64,000 nucleotides of DNA from Raillietiella orientalis (lineage: Eukaryota): NCBI GenBank assembly GCA_036172245.1, contig JAYWIR010000008.1, positions 4,278,001 through 4,342,000 on the forward strand. The letters are read 5' to 3'. A model generated the notes under the pieces. That model ran no database searches, had not been told where the DNA came from, and worked only from the letters and a program-made list of their open reading frames with translations. The translations under genes were made by a program, and so were the position numbers. Numbering within the stretch: the stretch's first letter is position 1; each line of letters opens with the position of its first letter. Of the stretch, positions 1 to 11,000 are shown piece after piece.

Positions 1-499
1 GTCCTTCTCTGCTGCGTTTGCTTTTCGAGTTGGGGCTCGCAGGGTTTTCAGCGCCCTCAAAGTATTCCTGGGGACGAGGAGGAACATGCTTGCTTGGAGG
101 GTGGCATAGCCTTTGCGACCATCGACGCCCCGTGCTTCCCCGATCTGGTTCCCTAGATGGGACCCAATGAGCCCTACTGCAATCCAGAAAGCTTCCCAAG
201 CTTGTATCGCCCCCTCACCATCCCTCACGCAGTCTTCCGACCCCTCTGGCCCTCGTATAACGCAGCACAGCTTCATGGACTTCCACCCCTTTAGCCAGCT
301 CTTTTCTCTGGGACACAGGTGCTGAGCTTCTCCACCCCCCTCCTCGTCCGTGGACGATGAACCACCCAACTTGAGAACTTCCTGCTCAGGGAAGAAAACA
401 AGAAATGGCTGTCCGAGGATCGATCACATACCACGTAGTCGGGTGGCTTCCTTCCTCACCGCGTGAACGGCTGCCCCCCGTAGACCTTGGGAGGGAGGA

Positions 500-825
500 T
501 CGCACCTCCCACCCTGATTGTCTCCGAAAAGGAACCTCGAAGGAAATCTCCTCCCTCATTCTCACTGGAGGGACACCCCCCCAGGAGGGAGGATGGCCCT
601 CTCCATTTCATCTTCTCCGAAGGGAACCCGGAAAGGATCCGCTAGTAGGAATTTCTTCTCCGGAGGGAACCCTCAAGGGAACCGCTCCTGTGCACTCCTC
701 TGAAGAGAACCCCGAAGGGGTGCTTCCGAAACTCAGAAGGGGCGCTGCAGCTTCCCGCAGGGGAATCGCTCTCGCTTGCTTCCATGTACTCTCGAAGAGG
801 CGGTCACCGGCATGAGAAAACAACG
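500..825 (-). mobile_element. SINE-like repeat, central part only (no tRNA-like head seen)
   Basis: Shares ggaacc(t/c)cgaagg..ctcattctc..ggaggga.cccc and tcctctgaagag..ccgaaggg blocks with the copies at 48.8 and 53.1 kb. Confidence 0.7.
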
Positions 826-3800
826 ACCGCAGCTCGTCTGGCCACCACGCCGTGTCGTCTAACGTCACGATGCTGCCACCATCCTCTGTTGCCGACCCCG
901 AAGCACTCCCGCTTCCTGTCGGTGTAAACACACCCTCCTGAGCGACCTCTGGTTCACAGGCTCTCTCGCCAGCCCGGATGAAAAGAAGACAGAGTCGCAT
1001 CTCGGGACGAGTTGCTGGGAAGCTGCGGGGTGAAGCGTGAGCGCGCGTGCGCGAGGTCGCTCGTTCTCCGGACAGTGGCACGCTCTGGCCGCTTCTGCAT
1101 TCTCTCGGGTACGTGAGCCTCGCCCACGTGTTCCTTGGAGGTGACTCACGTTGCCCAGGATGCGGCGGCCGTGACGTAGTGGCCGAGGCAATCGCGCGTC
1201 TTGATCGGAGCCGCCATTTGCGAAACTCCGCGCCAGCCATCGAGAAAGTTCCCGACAGGCTTTCCAGGGGAACCCGCTGGCGCTTTTCAAAGGCTCCTCA
1301 GCAACCTTCGTATCGGTGTCCTGCTGTTTTCGCGACTGGAGAAAAATCGTCCCCAGGGAATGGCAACGAGGACGGGCAAGCTCCCCGAGCAGGGGCATTT
1401 CGCCCCCTCCGAGTCGACAGCGCGCGATGAGCCGGGGAAGGTGGGCACTCAGGGTATCCGCTGAATCGTGTTGCCTACCTTCGAGAAGGACACACGCCTG
1501 GAGTCATTTCCGGTGTGCCAAACCGAACGTGAGGATCGGAGGCATCTTCGCGCCTGCCTCACCAGAAGAGGCCTGATTTTCTTCCGAGCGCCGCGGTACT
1601 TCCGGTTTTTGGTCCCAGGGATCACCTAGTAATGGCGGCGACCCTGTCTTCCCGAACCGCACGCTTTCGGATGATGAAGAGACGGGAATCGAAGGGTTTT
1701 GGAGCCAGATGAGGGAATGGCGCGGTGCTTATTCTTAGGACTCGCTGGGGATAACGCTCTTCGTTCACTCCTTCCGCAGGTCGAGACCCTACTGCCGTTG
1801 CTCGTTGGAAGCCGTTCGTGCATAGCATCACTGGGTTAACACGCGGAGCATAAACGAAAACCCACGGGAAGAAGTGACGTTTTTCCGTTTCCTTTCACGG
1901 GGAACAGTTCTGAGCTCTCACATCATAAACGGCTCGGGAGTTTCTCGTTGTACCTGGAAGTTTCCGTGGCTGCTTGGCAACCAGCCAAATGCCGTTCTTC
2001 TGCGATACGAACTCAAAGGCAGGCAGGCAGGAGGAACTGGGCAATGCCGAGAGGACGGTCCAACTGAAAGGCTGCTTGGGGCGCGACGTGGAAGCTCTTG
2101 GAAATTGCGTGGGGCCTGCTACTCACCCATTCCCCTTACTGAAGGGAACCTGAGATGAATAGAGATCCATTGCATCCCAAGTTGTAGCAGAGAGATCCTC
2201 GGGCGTTTAAACGCAGGAGCTCGCTATAAGTGGCATCCAGAGACCTCTCGGCGCTTGACTGGAAAACTCGAAGCATCAGCAGCAGCATGAGAATTCCATG
2301 AGCGCTGAGCTGAGAACTGAGCCGCCTCAAAACGAGGGTCCTCCGTGAGAGGAACCTTCCTGCTGGATACTTGGGGAATGCCCAAGTCTGCCTTCGCAGA
2401 TCCTTCGCGGAGCTTCCTGTTGCTTCTGCAATCCTGCCTAAAGTTCGTAGGGCCGTCCTCACAGAGTGGGGACCACTGGCAAAAGGAAAGGAAGCCCTGG
2501 TTGTTTAGGGAGACGAGCTTCCGTCTCCCTGCGTGACGGCAGCCGGACTGCACAAAGCTCCGAGTTAGTCCTCGGACAAAAGCAGGCAGAGCGCTCTTTC
2601 TTCCGGAAGAGCCCTCTGGGGAAACTTTCACCACATGGTTGCGCTGGAGGACGAGATGCAAAAGTTGGCGTCGAGCGTTTCCCCAGTTCTCCCAAGATCG
2701 GAGCCTGCGCCACCTGGAGCCGAGTTGAAAAGGCCATTCCTTCGCAGCGAAGGGCCAGCAAGGGCGACTCGCCGAAGAGTGGAGTGGACCGAGCAGGGCT
2801 CGTATGTCCGCTCAGGGAAGCGCCTCGGCGGTTTGCGACTAACTCTGCACTCGTCTTTCGGAAAAAGTTAGCTGTGGCTTGAGGTCAATCGACTTGCCCC
2901 CCCCCCTTCAGATTCCCTCCCCGACTCGGCATTTCCTAGGAAACAGCGTTGGCTTCGCATCCACCGGGACTGCACCAGCTTTCCAAGTCTTGCGAGGATG
3001 AGCCGCACTTCCTCCGAACGTACCTTCCAGGGGCGTGACCTTTGGGGTACACGGCAAGCGGCTCTGAGAGTTCCCGTAAGCTACCCTCAGGCGACAGGTC
3101 CTGGCGCGCTCACTTGTTTGATTCCTGGTATCCCTTTCTTTCCTGAATCTGCCTTCCCGCTGCGTATCTCCTACCACATCTACTTGTTTCGTCAGCCCGA
3201 GGCCAACGACCTCCGCGCGCTCTCCAAGAGTTCGTCGACTTGCCACTTCCCATGGCTGCTTGCCGATGTCTGCTGCAGCGTGGAACCTCTCCTTCCGGGC
3301 TTCTCTTCAGCTGCCTCTTTCTGTTTTCTTTTCCCTCCTGCCAGTGTTGTTTCCCCACCTCGAACCTCCCCACCCTCCCCTTTCCGGCCTCAGACTCTTC
3401 GCCCCATTCCAGCAGCCTAAAGGCTCTACCGATTTCAGAGCCAGCAGGGACGCTTGAGGTCCGCCCTTAGCAAAACTGCGATGGACACGCCTACGGGTCG
3501 AGGAAGGGGCGGCGGCTTCTCTCAAGGGTGTGAAGCTTCTTCTGCCAAATGCAGCCACCTTTTCGAGTTTCTCCCACAGAAGGAACCTCAGGATCCGGAG
3601 GGGAAGGGCAGGGGTAAGAAGTGGTTGGCCCGGGCGGAAAGCTACATCGGGCAGGGCAGAAAGTGCGGACTGTCGGAGGAATGGGCACCCAAGCGAGAGA
3701 CGGCTCCCTCGGCGCAGGAACGGGACCAGGAGGAAAGAGGAAGGATGATTTTCACTTGGGGATTGTGAATCCTCCTTCCGGGAGCGCGAGCATCCCGACA

Positions 3801-4249
3801 TTAGGGGAAAGATGCTGCGCGAGACCGGCAGTAGCAGCAGCGCACGTCGCGGCAGCCCGGTAGTTGACGACAGCAGCTTCGGTTGACAAAAGCTCAGCAT
3901 GGTCTTTCGAGTCCTTGGCGGTGTCCGCTGGAAGGCATGCGGCGCGTAGTCTCAGCAGCGTATCTCGTGCAGCAGGGGGTCCCCCTCCCGTTCCTAGAAT
4001 TTAATGGCACCTGCGGTTCGGCTCAGTCCGTGGAAGGGTCAAGAGCAACGAGCGGAGCTTCCAGTCTCGAGGATACAAGGCATCTGGTCAATCCGAGCTG
4101 CTGCAGATGGAACCTCCGGGCCGGACTGCGGGAGGAAGAGGTGGCGCCGTTGCGAACGGAATGACCTTTTGCAGCCACAGCCTGGGGGAACGGGCTGTAA
4201 GGAGGAAAGGGGGAGGGGGGGTCGTCGGGGAGCAGAGAAGAAGGGGGAA

Positions 4250-5370
4250 CCGTCCTGTAGAGCGGCAACGAGGAGGTAGCGGTGTTCGGAGGGCGAAGCT
4301 GAGCGAGTGAGGAATAGGGAAGGAAGGAGGGTCGTTGCCATGCCCCCGCGCTACAGAGAACCGTGTTCGTCCATCGCGAACACCGCCCCTGTGTCTTTCT
4401 CGCTCAGCTCGCGCTCCACGGGGCGGATTGATCGTAGAAAGCTCCTGCGAAGGTGGTATCGCCTCGCGGCCCTCGGCCTGCACCATCCCTGCACCACCCC
4501 GCGCGCGGAAACTGAAAAAAAACACACACACACACACACACAAAAAAAAAGAGCAAAAAAATCCCCGAGGGAACGGCAATTTTTCATCGTTCTCCCGTGG
4601 CGAATCGATCTGTCCCTGACTCCTCGGATGATCCGCTGGGTCCAGGTCCACCGGCGAAAATTCAAATGCGCCTTTTCCGGTCGCTTCTGCCCCCCCCCCC
4701 CTTCCTCCTCCCCTTTCTACTGCCGGAAGAGGCCGCAAACGAGTGGGTGAGGTACGGCGACGGCGCGCGCGCGCCGGCCGAGCGAGCGAGGCGTCCCAAA
4801 GAATGCGTCATCGCGCGCAGCTGGTGGGCGGCCTCTCCGCTTCCCCGTTTAATGGTCCGGGGGAATAAATCTTCACGACGTTTCGAGATTGGAACGCGCG
4901 CTCGGTTGCCGGGAAACGAAATCGTTCGGTGACCGCGAACCCGCTTTGATGCCGCGTGCATCACATCATCATCCCCGGACCCGAGAATGCTTTCCTTGTT
5001 TTTCCATTCTTCCTCCGGCTGCCAGAGGTTCTTCCGCGTCCACCACCGCTGCCTCCCTCCCACGATTTCTGATCCGGCGGGACGCCGATTTTCATTTTTC
5101 GCCCTCCTCCATCATGGAAAAACGTGCCGACGTGCTCGCGCGCCCCACGTGGTTGCTGCTCACCCGCGCACGCCAAGTTCGCGGACGCGGGTGAACAGAG
5201 TTCGTGCGGCGGCGGCAGCAGCAGTGGACCCGCGCTGACCGGAACCTCTTGACCTCTGAGTTCTTCGGCTGCCCGGGCATCGGCTTCCTACGCATCTCAT
5301 CCAGCCGGACCTCTCCGCGCCGGGGCGGGAAGGACCGACACCACGGGTCACTCACGGAAGAGTAAGCAAG
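4250..5370. promoter_or_regulatory. Possible CpG-rich promoter / first non-coding exon region of the gene
   Basis: Dense CG, (GC)n run at about 4763, donor-like sites at 4747 and 5362, upstream of exon 1. No TSS can be fixed from sequence. Confidence 0.3.
4522..4541. repeat. (AC)10 microsatellite between A tracts
   Basis: Direct reading. Confidence 0.9.
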
Positions 5371-6679
5371 AGGCGGTGCATCTGACCTCTGAGCTGGAAA
5401 CCCTGGCCGTCCGACTCTGCAACCAGAGGAGATCCCCTGCTGACTTCCCCCTATCGCTCCTCGTCGCCCACTGCCGGGGAAGGACGCCGTCAGTGGCAGA
5501 CGAGGCTATCCAGGGCGACTCGTACCGCCGTCCTGCATGCCACGATGACCGGAGGCGTCCAGCCTCCTCTTCTTCGGCACCGCACCCCGTTTGGCGGAGG
5601 TTCTCTCGCCTCCCGAGTGCGACACGGCGGCAAAAGAGGGTCCTCAAGCGGCACCGCTCACCTCTTGAGACGGCCGCCGCCGAGATCACGGATGGCCTTG
5701 GAGTCGACAAGGCAACCGTCTCCCAGACCGGAGAACTCGCATCTTCCCCTTGCGGCCTTCTGCGAGCGCCTCCTCCTCGTAGCTCGCGGCCTGCTGGAGC
5801 GGACGGATGGGAAAGCGACAGAGGGCTGAGACGATGCGCGCAAACCTTCCGTTGAGCTGCCTGCGGCGTTTTTGCTGCCATCTGCCGGGCAACCGGCTCA
5901 CTCGCGCCTCCGGGACGTCCCGGTGCGCTCGCGGCACCGCCGCTCGATCCAGAGGAGGAGGCAACGGCGGCGGGAAAAGCTGTCCCGAGCGGTGTCCTCC
6001 GCCGATGGGGGAGGAGCAGCTTCCCCGTCGGCAGGGAGGTCGTAGGGCTTGCCTGGAGCTCTCCGAGTAAGCCCTGCGTCCTGCGCTTATTTCGATTTTC
6101 CGGTCGGGAATTTGGGCGTGACCCGCGGACGTTCGGGAGCTTGCCTGGGAAGGAGGCAGTCGGCCCGGGAGCAAGGGAATCAGACCCTCTCCTTCGTTCC
6201 CGCCCCTCCCAGGATGCCGGATTCCCCCCTTGAGAGGCCGTTCCCAGGGTCCTCTTTTCCTCCGCTCCCGTAACCACCAGCGCGCCTGGTCTGGATGACG
6301 GAGCCTTCGCGTCGCCCGCGATGCCCTCCACACCGAGCAGGAGCCACCGCGGCGAAAGCGGCAGCAGGAACGGCGCGGAAGTTGATCGGCTGCCAGGGAA
6401 ACCTCTGCCGGGAGCCTCCTGCGACGCGCGGAGCAGGATCGCACGCGTCCGGGTTCCAAATTTAGCCTCGGGTAGCTGCACGCAGAAGGCCTCCTTCCCT
6501 CTGCCTTCCCCGGCTACGGCATCCTTCCTTCTTCCTCCTTGCCCGAAGTGCGCGATCCCGGAAGAACGCGTGGAGCGCGTCGTCCTCCCGTCTTTCCTCC
6601 CGTCGTACGTTTTCTCGACGCGGGAAGACGGTCCTTCCCGCGCGCGTGTGCACCTGCGTTCCGGCCAGCTCTTTCCCAG

Positions 6680-6754
6680 GAGACCTGCCGTCGGCGGCCC
6701 GCTTCTTGCGCCCGTGGCGCGGCTTCCCGCCGGGAGCATCCCTCCCGGAAGATG
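6680..6754 (+). other. Putative upstream (5' UTR or N-terminal) exon of the SOGA/MTCL-like gene
   Basis: ctctttcccAG acceptor ending 6679 and strong ATG|GTGAGT donor at 6755; main frame is open if joined to the acceptor at 7943. Confidence 0.4.
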
Positions 6755-7978
6755 GTGAGTCAGCTTTACGTCAGAACCCTCCCCCTCTCTCACTCTTTGA
6801 GACCGATCCAGTCACCACCGGGTCAAGGGAGAGGAGAGTGAGCGCGTCCCAAAGAATGTTGGGGTTTCTCTGCCGCTTCCCGGGACAGGGAGGGACGGAG
6901 GACGGGTAGAGAGGGAGCCACTTCCAGGGAACGGACACCGTTCCCTCGCGAGAATAGGAGGGGCTCCTTGGGACGAGCAGGGAGGACACCGACCGCGGGA
7001 GAAGGGGAGGAAGCTGTCAAGGGTTACCCGGCAAGAAGCTCCTTAATCACTTGCCAGCCTGCCTCGGCTCCCTCTTCCTCCACGGACCTGAAGAGTTCTT
7101 TCGCCTTACCCTTTTGGGGCCAGCTTGGCTGCTCCTTTTGGAAAGGAAAGCCAACGCTGGTTCTTTCGGGAAGCCGTACTGGAAGAGACGCGCTCTTGTC
7201 AGGGTCAGCCGGCTCCGAAAAAAGGCGAATGACTCCAGACGCTACCTCTCTGAGGGAGTTGCCCTTCTTGCCTTCGGCGCCCGTCCCCTGTCAACGGCTC
7301 CAGAGGAGTGGATACTGTTTTCCGCTTCTAGGCCCCCCTGCACTGCGTATGGGGAAAAGGACTCGCCGACAAAATCTGGTGATTTTCCCCTCCTTGCCGC
7401 TGCCGCGCCGGGATGCAGGCACCTGTGAAGACGGGGTGGTTTGGGAAAGTGGGCGTAGGAGGAAGGGGAGAGAGAGGAGAGCCTCTTCCTCTTCGTGGGT
7501 CAGGAGACGCGGAGGCGAAGGAGTGGTTGGCTTCCTCTCCCGAACGGCGTCCTCACTACTCCGCTGCCCCCGAGGCTATGGAGGCGCCGGTGAGGACGTT
7601 TAAAGACTAGGCTGACCTCGACTGGGGCAAGAACGCGGTTCCTCCACGCCTCTACCGAGACCCTCCTGGAAGGGAAGGGCTTTGATTCACCTCTTCTCTC
7701 TCCACTCAACTTCTCTTTGCCCCCTTCCGCGAGGAGGTCTCTCCTCTTCTCCCTGGCTGGTGCTTGCTCCCTCGCTCCCTCTCGTGGAGTTGTCGAGGTA
7801 GTTTGTCAGGACTTCTCCCCGGCCTCCTCCGAATGAGTGAAGCAGCGAGCGACCCGTGGTGGAGCTCTGAGGCGGGCTGACTGGGTGATCCAAGAGCGGC
7901 AGGTGCCCCTTCCACCTTCCACTAAAGGTCACTCGTTCTGCAGGGCAAGGAAGCGGACCCGGGAGCCGTCGAGCTGTG

Positions 7979-8064
7979 ATGCCGAGGCTGTCGCAGGACC
8001 CATTCTGCCCGCTGGGGTTCCATCCGCAGATTCGCTCCCCCACGCGGTGCAAGCGGTGCCTCAG
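7979..8064 (+). CDS. Coding exon 1: MPRLSQDPFCPLGFHPQIRSPTRCKRCL(R), Cys-rich N-terminal motif
   Basis: Acceptor ttctgcAG ends 7943, donor CAG|GTAAGG at 8065; peptide resembles the DPxCPxGFHPxxxxPxRCKRC N-terminus I recall from arthropod SOGA/MTCL-like proteins. Confidence 0.8.
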
Positions 8065-11000
8065 GTAAGGAGGGTCTTCCCCACAACTGGATCCCTCTGG
8101 TGGGGTTTTCCCTGGCAACGGGCTTTCGGAGCGCTTGGCTCGAGGACTACAAACTGAGACCCTGGTCGTTGGTAAACCGGGACCTCGGGCAGGGTGAGTG
8201 GAAGGCCTCCTGCCTCTTCAAAGGCCTCCTGACTCTCCAAGAGGGTTTTCTCTTGGTACCTCATGCTCTGTCACTTTCATCCTCCCTTCATCCAGGGAGC
8301 GTTGGAGGGAGGGCAGGAAGCTACACAAGGGTCTTGTTGCGAAGGAAAGGGAAGAGCAGGACCCCAGAAGAGTGTCTGCAAGTGGCCAGAAGTTCCTCCA
8401 GCAAGAGGGGTTTTTCCTTCCGCTTCTCTTCTTCGGACCGCATTTTGAGAATCTCCTGGGGAAAGGAGAGGGGGTGGAGGCCCTCGGCGCCTCTCAGACT
8501 GCGTTTCGGAAGCAGAAGGAAATCCAGAAACGGGGCAGGAGATCCGAGAAGGGCACAGGCCGCACTTCTTGAAGCCTCTGTGAGCGTACTAACACTTCAC
8601 AGCGTTCACACACAGGAACGTTCTGGAGGACCTTTGGAGAGGTGTGGGAAGAAAGAAGAAGGGGGATGTCCCGAGGACACTTCGAAGACCTGCGTCCGTT
8701 GTCCCCTGAGCAGCCCTTTCTCCTGAGCGATGCTTTTGTAGTGGGGATGGACTGTCTCCAAGACACACTAGAAGAGCCTGAGGGATCGATGGGTTAGTCA
8801 GGGGTTCGGTGCCGTCTCTGTTCCTCCCCGTCACCGTGGAAACTTCCGGCAGATTGCTCTCCTCTTATAGAGGTCTCAGGCAGACACCTCAGGCAGATGA
8901 CGACCTTGAGGTCCTTTTCTTCTAACTCTGCTTCTTCATTCTCCGTCCCTTCTCTATGGTCCCTCCTGCTACCACTGTGCTCCGTCTCCCTTATTCCTTG
9001 ATCTTTGACCGATAGCGTGTCCCTTTCCCTAGAAGTCTCCGCACTTCTCTCTCTGGTGCACCCGAGCGATGGCGCACGCATGCATCGGCGGAGGACGACC
9101 TGTCCCCGCCTCAGTCCCTTTGCTCAGCCGCAGGACACCTTCAACGGCGCAATGCTTCCCTTTCCCTTACATATCCAAGCGTCCTGGAGCCCCCGGTGAA
9201 CTCTTGAAGCGCCTGCGTTCCTCTTCTGGGCGAATCCCTTCAAGTTCCGGAGGCAAGCGCAGGAGAGACGGGAAGGGAAGGGGGGGCTAGCATTGTCGAA
9301 ATTTGCTCTCGTGGTTATCTCGGAGTCGTTCTGTGGTGGGAGGAGAAGCGAAGGAGATCGGAGAGATCTCCTCCTCCCCTCCCTGTGAGAGTTTGTTCGG
9401 AGTTCCTTCCTCTCGTCCGAAGATTCCCCGTCCCAGCCAGTGGCATCCCAGTGGCAGGCACCGACACCGGTGAGATCTTCCTGGAGATCCCTTCGTTTCC
9501 TCCTCTAGGAAGAGCGTCGGCTACTTCTGCATGCCGCCGACCTCGTAGCATGCAGAAGCAGCCGACCCTCCGGGAGCATGGTGGTTCCTGCGAGGACCGG
9601 CTGGAGGAGTCCGTCCGGGACAAGGGATGCTTCGGAAGACACTGCAGGTGGAAGGAATGGAGCAGAGCAACTCCAGGTGAGCAAGGCGTGGACAGGAGAG
9701 CACGCGTGGGATTTCTAGTGACCCTCATCCCACGGGCGATGTGTACTTCCGGTATCTCCTGTGCGTCTGCCCACCCGAAGGTCGCAAGTGGATAAAGGAA
9801 GGAGGGGGGGGGGGAAGTTGACGTTGGTCGACAGTGGGCAGAGGTCGTCATCGGGACGGGCGTCGTCCGCCATTCCTCCCTCCCTATCCTTCCTCATTAT
9901 CCACGAAGGAGAGTGCGTGCCCTTGAAGGGGTTGTGTAATGCGGAAACGCGTCGCTGCAGCGCGAGCGCGCGAGAGAGATCCGTGGGACGCTGCTGTTTA
10001 GGCTGTTGCTGTCGAGTCACGAGCGGGCGCGATAGGCGGGAGAGAGTCGCCGCCCATCTTGCTTGCCGCCTTGCCGAGAGCGCCTCCTTCCCCCTCCCCT
10101 CCGGTCACCCTTTCTTTCCTGACGTGACCTTCTCCGACCTCTCGCGGGCAGTATACGGGACAGAAGCGAGGGGTGGGGTTGGAAGGCGGATGTGCCGAGG
10201 AAGTCGCCCTCCGGTCACGCGGGGTAGCTTCCTGCGGGAGGTCCCGTCCCCCTCGAGGAGGCGTGGTCTCTCCGGTAGGGGGAAGAACGCGGGGAGAAAG
10301 TGAAGGAGGCTGCGATCCACTCTCTGACCGCCGTCTCTGAGAAGGTCAGCGTGCCTCCTCCCAGCTCTCAAAGGTCAAACGCCACGTCTCAGTGCCAGAA
10401 GAATGAAAGCTGCGCAGGCAGCCATGAGCCTCCTCCTCCCTCCCATCCACACGGATCCACCTCCTTCCCCCTGGATCAGGAATGGGAATGGGACTCTGGA
10501 TCGCGGGGAAACGAATGGCTGTAGACGCAGCTTGCGCTAGAGGCAGGGGGCAGGGGCAGTGAGGATGGAAGAGAGCCCCAGCGCTGCTGTCGTGCTACCA
10601 AAGTTAGCAAGGGGTCGGGAGACGTGCTGCTTTCCTGGGGCGGGAGGGGGGTCGAACAGTCTCAAAAACGATCCCAAATGAATTTCCCCTTGACAAGGGA
10701 GACAAAATTGTGCGGTCATGGGTAATGCGTCGCTGCACCCCCCACCTCTGCCCTTCAGGCTCGAGACCTCGTTTGCTGTCCCGCAATCGCCACGAGCGCC
10801 TGCGAAAGGTAACCTGCAGGCAGCTCACGGGACACGCGCTCTCCGGAGACAGACCCTGCATCCCACTCAACGCTCTCGATGAAGCAGCGGTGACGTCGCT
10901 CACCTCCTTCCCGGAGGGAGCTCTCCCGAGAGCAAGGGCTGGAACTCCCTCCGCGAGATTCGGTTTTGCCAATCCATATTTTTCCTCCTCCCTTAGCCCT

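Noticed and set aside
5348..6793. Longest ORF in the track (481 aa, minus strand)
   Set aside because: R/G/S/P/A-rich with no recognisable domain, in very GC-rich sequence with long ORFs in several frames; consistent with stop-codon scarcity.
9549..9676. Candidate second coding exon with a strong CAG|GTGAGC donor
   Set aside because: Two acceptors and two frames are equally plausible and I have no homology support; left out, though it may be real.
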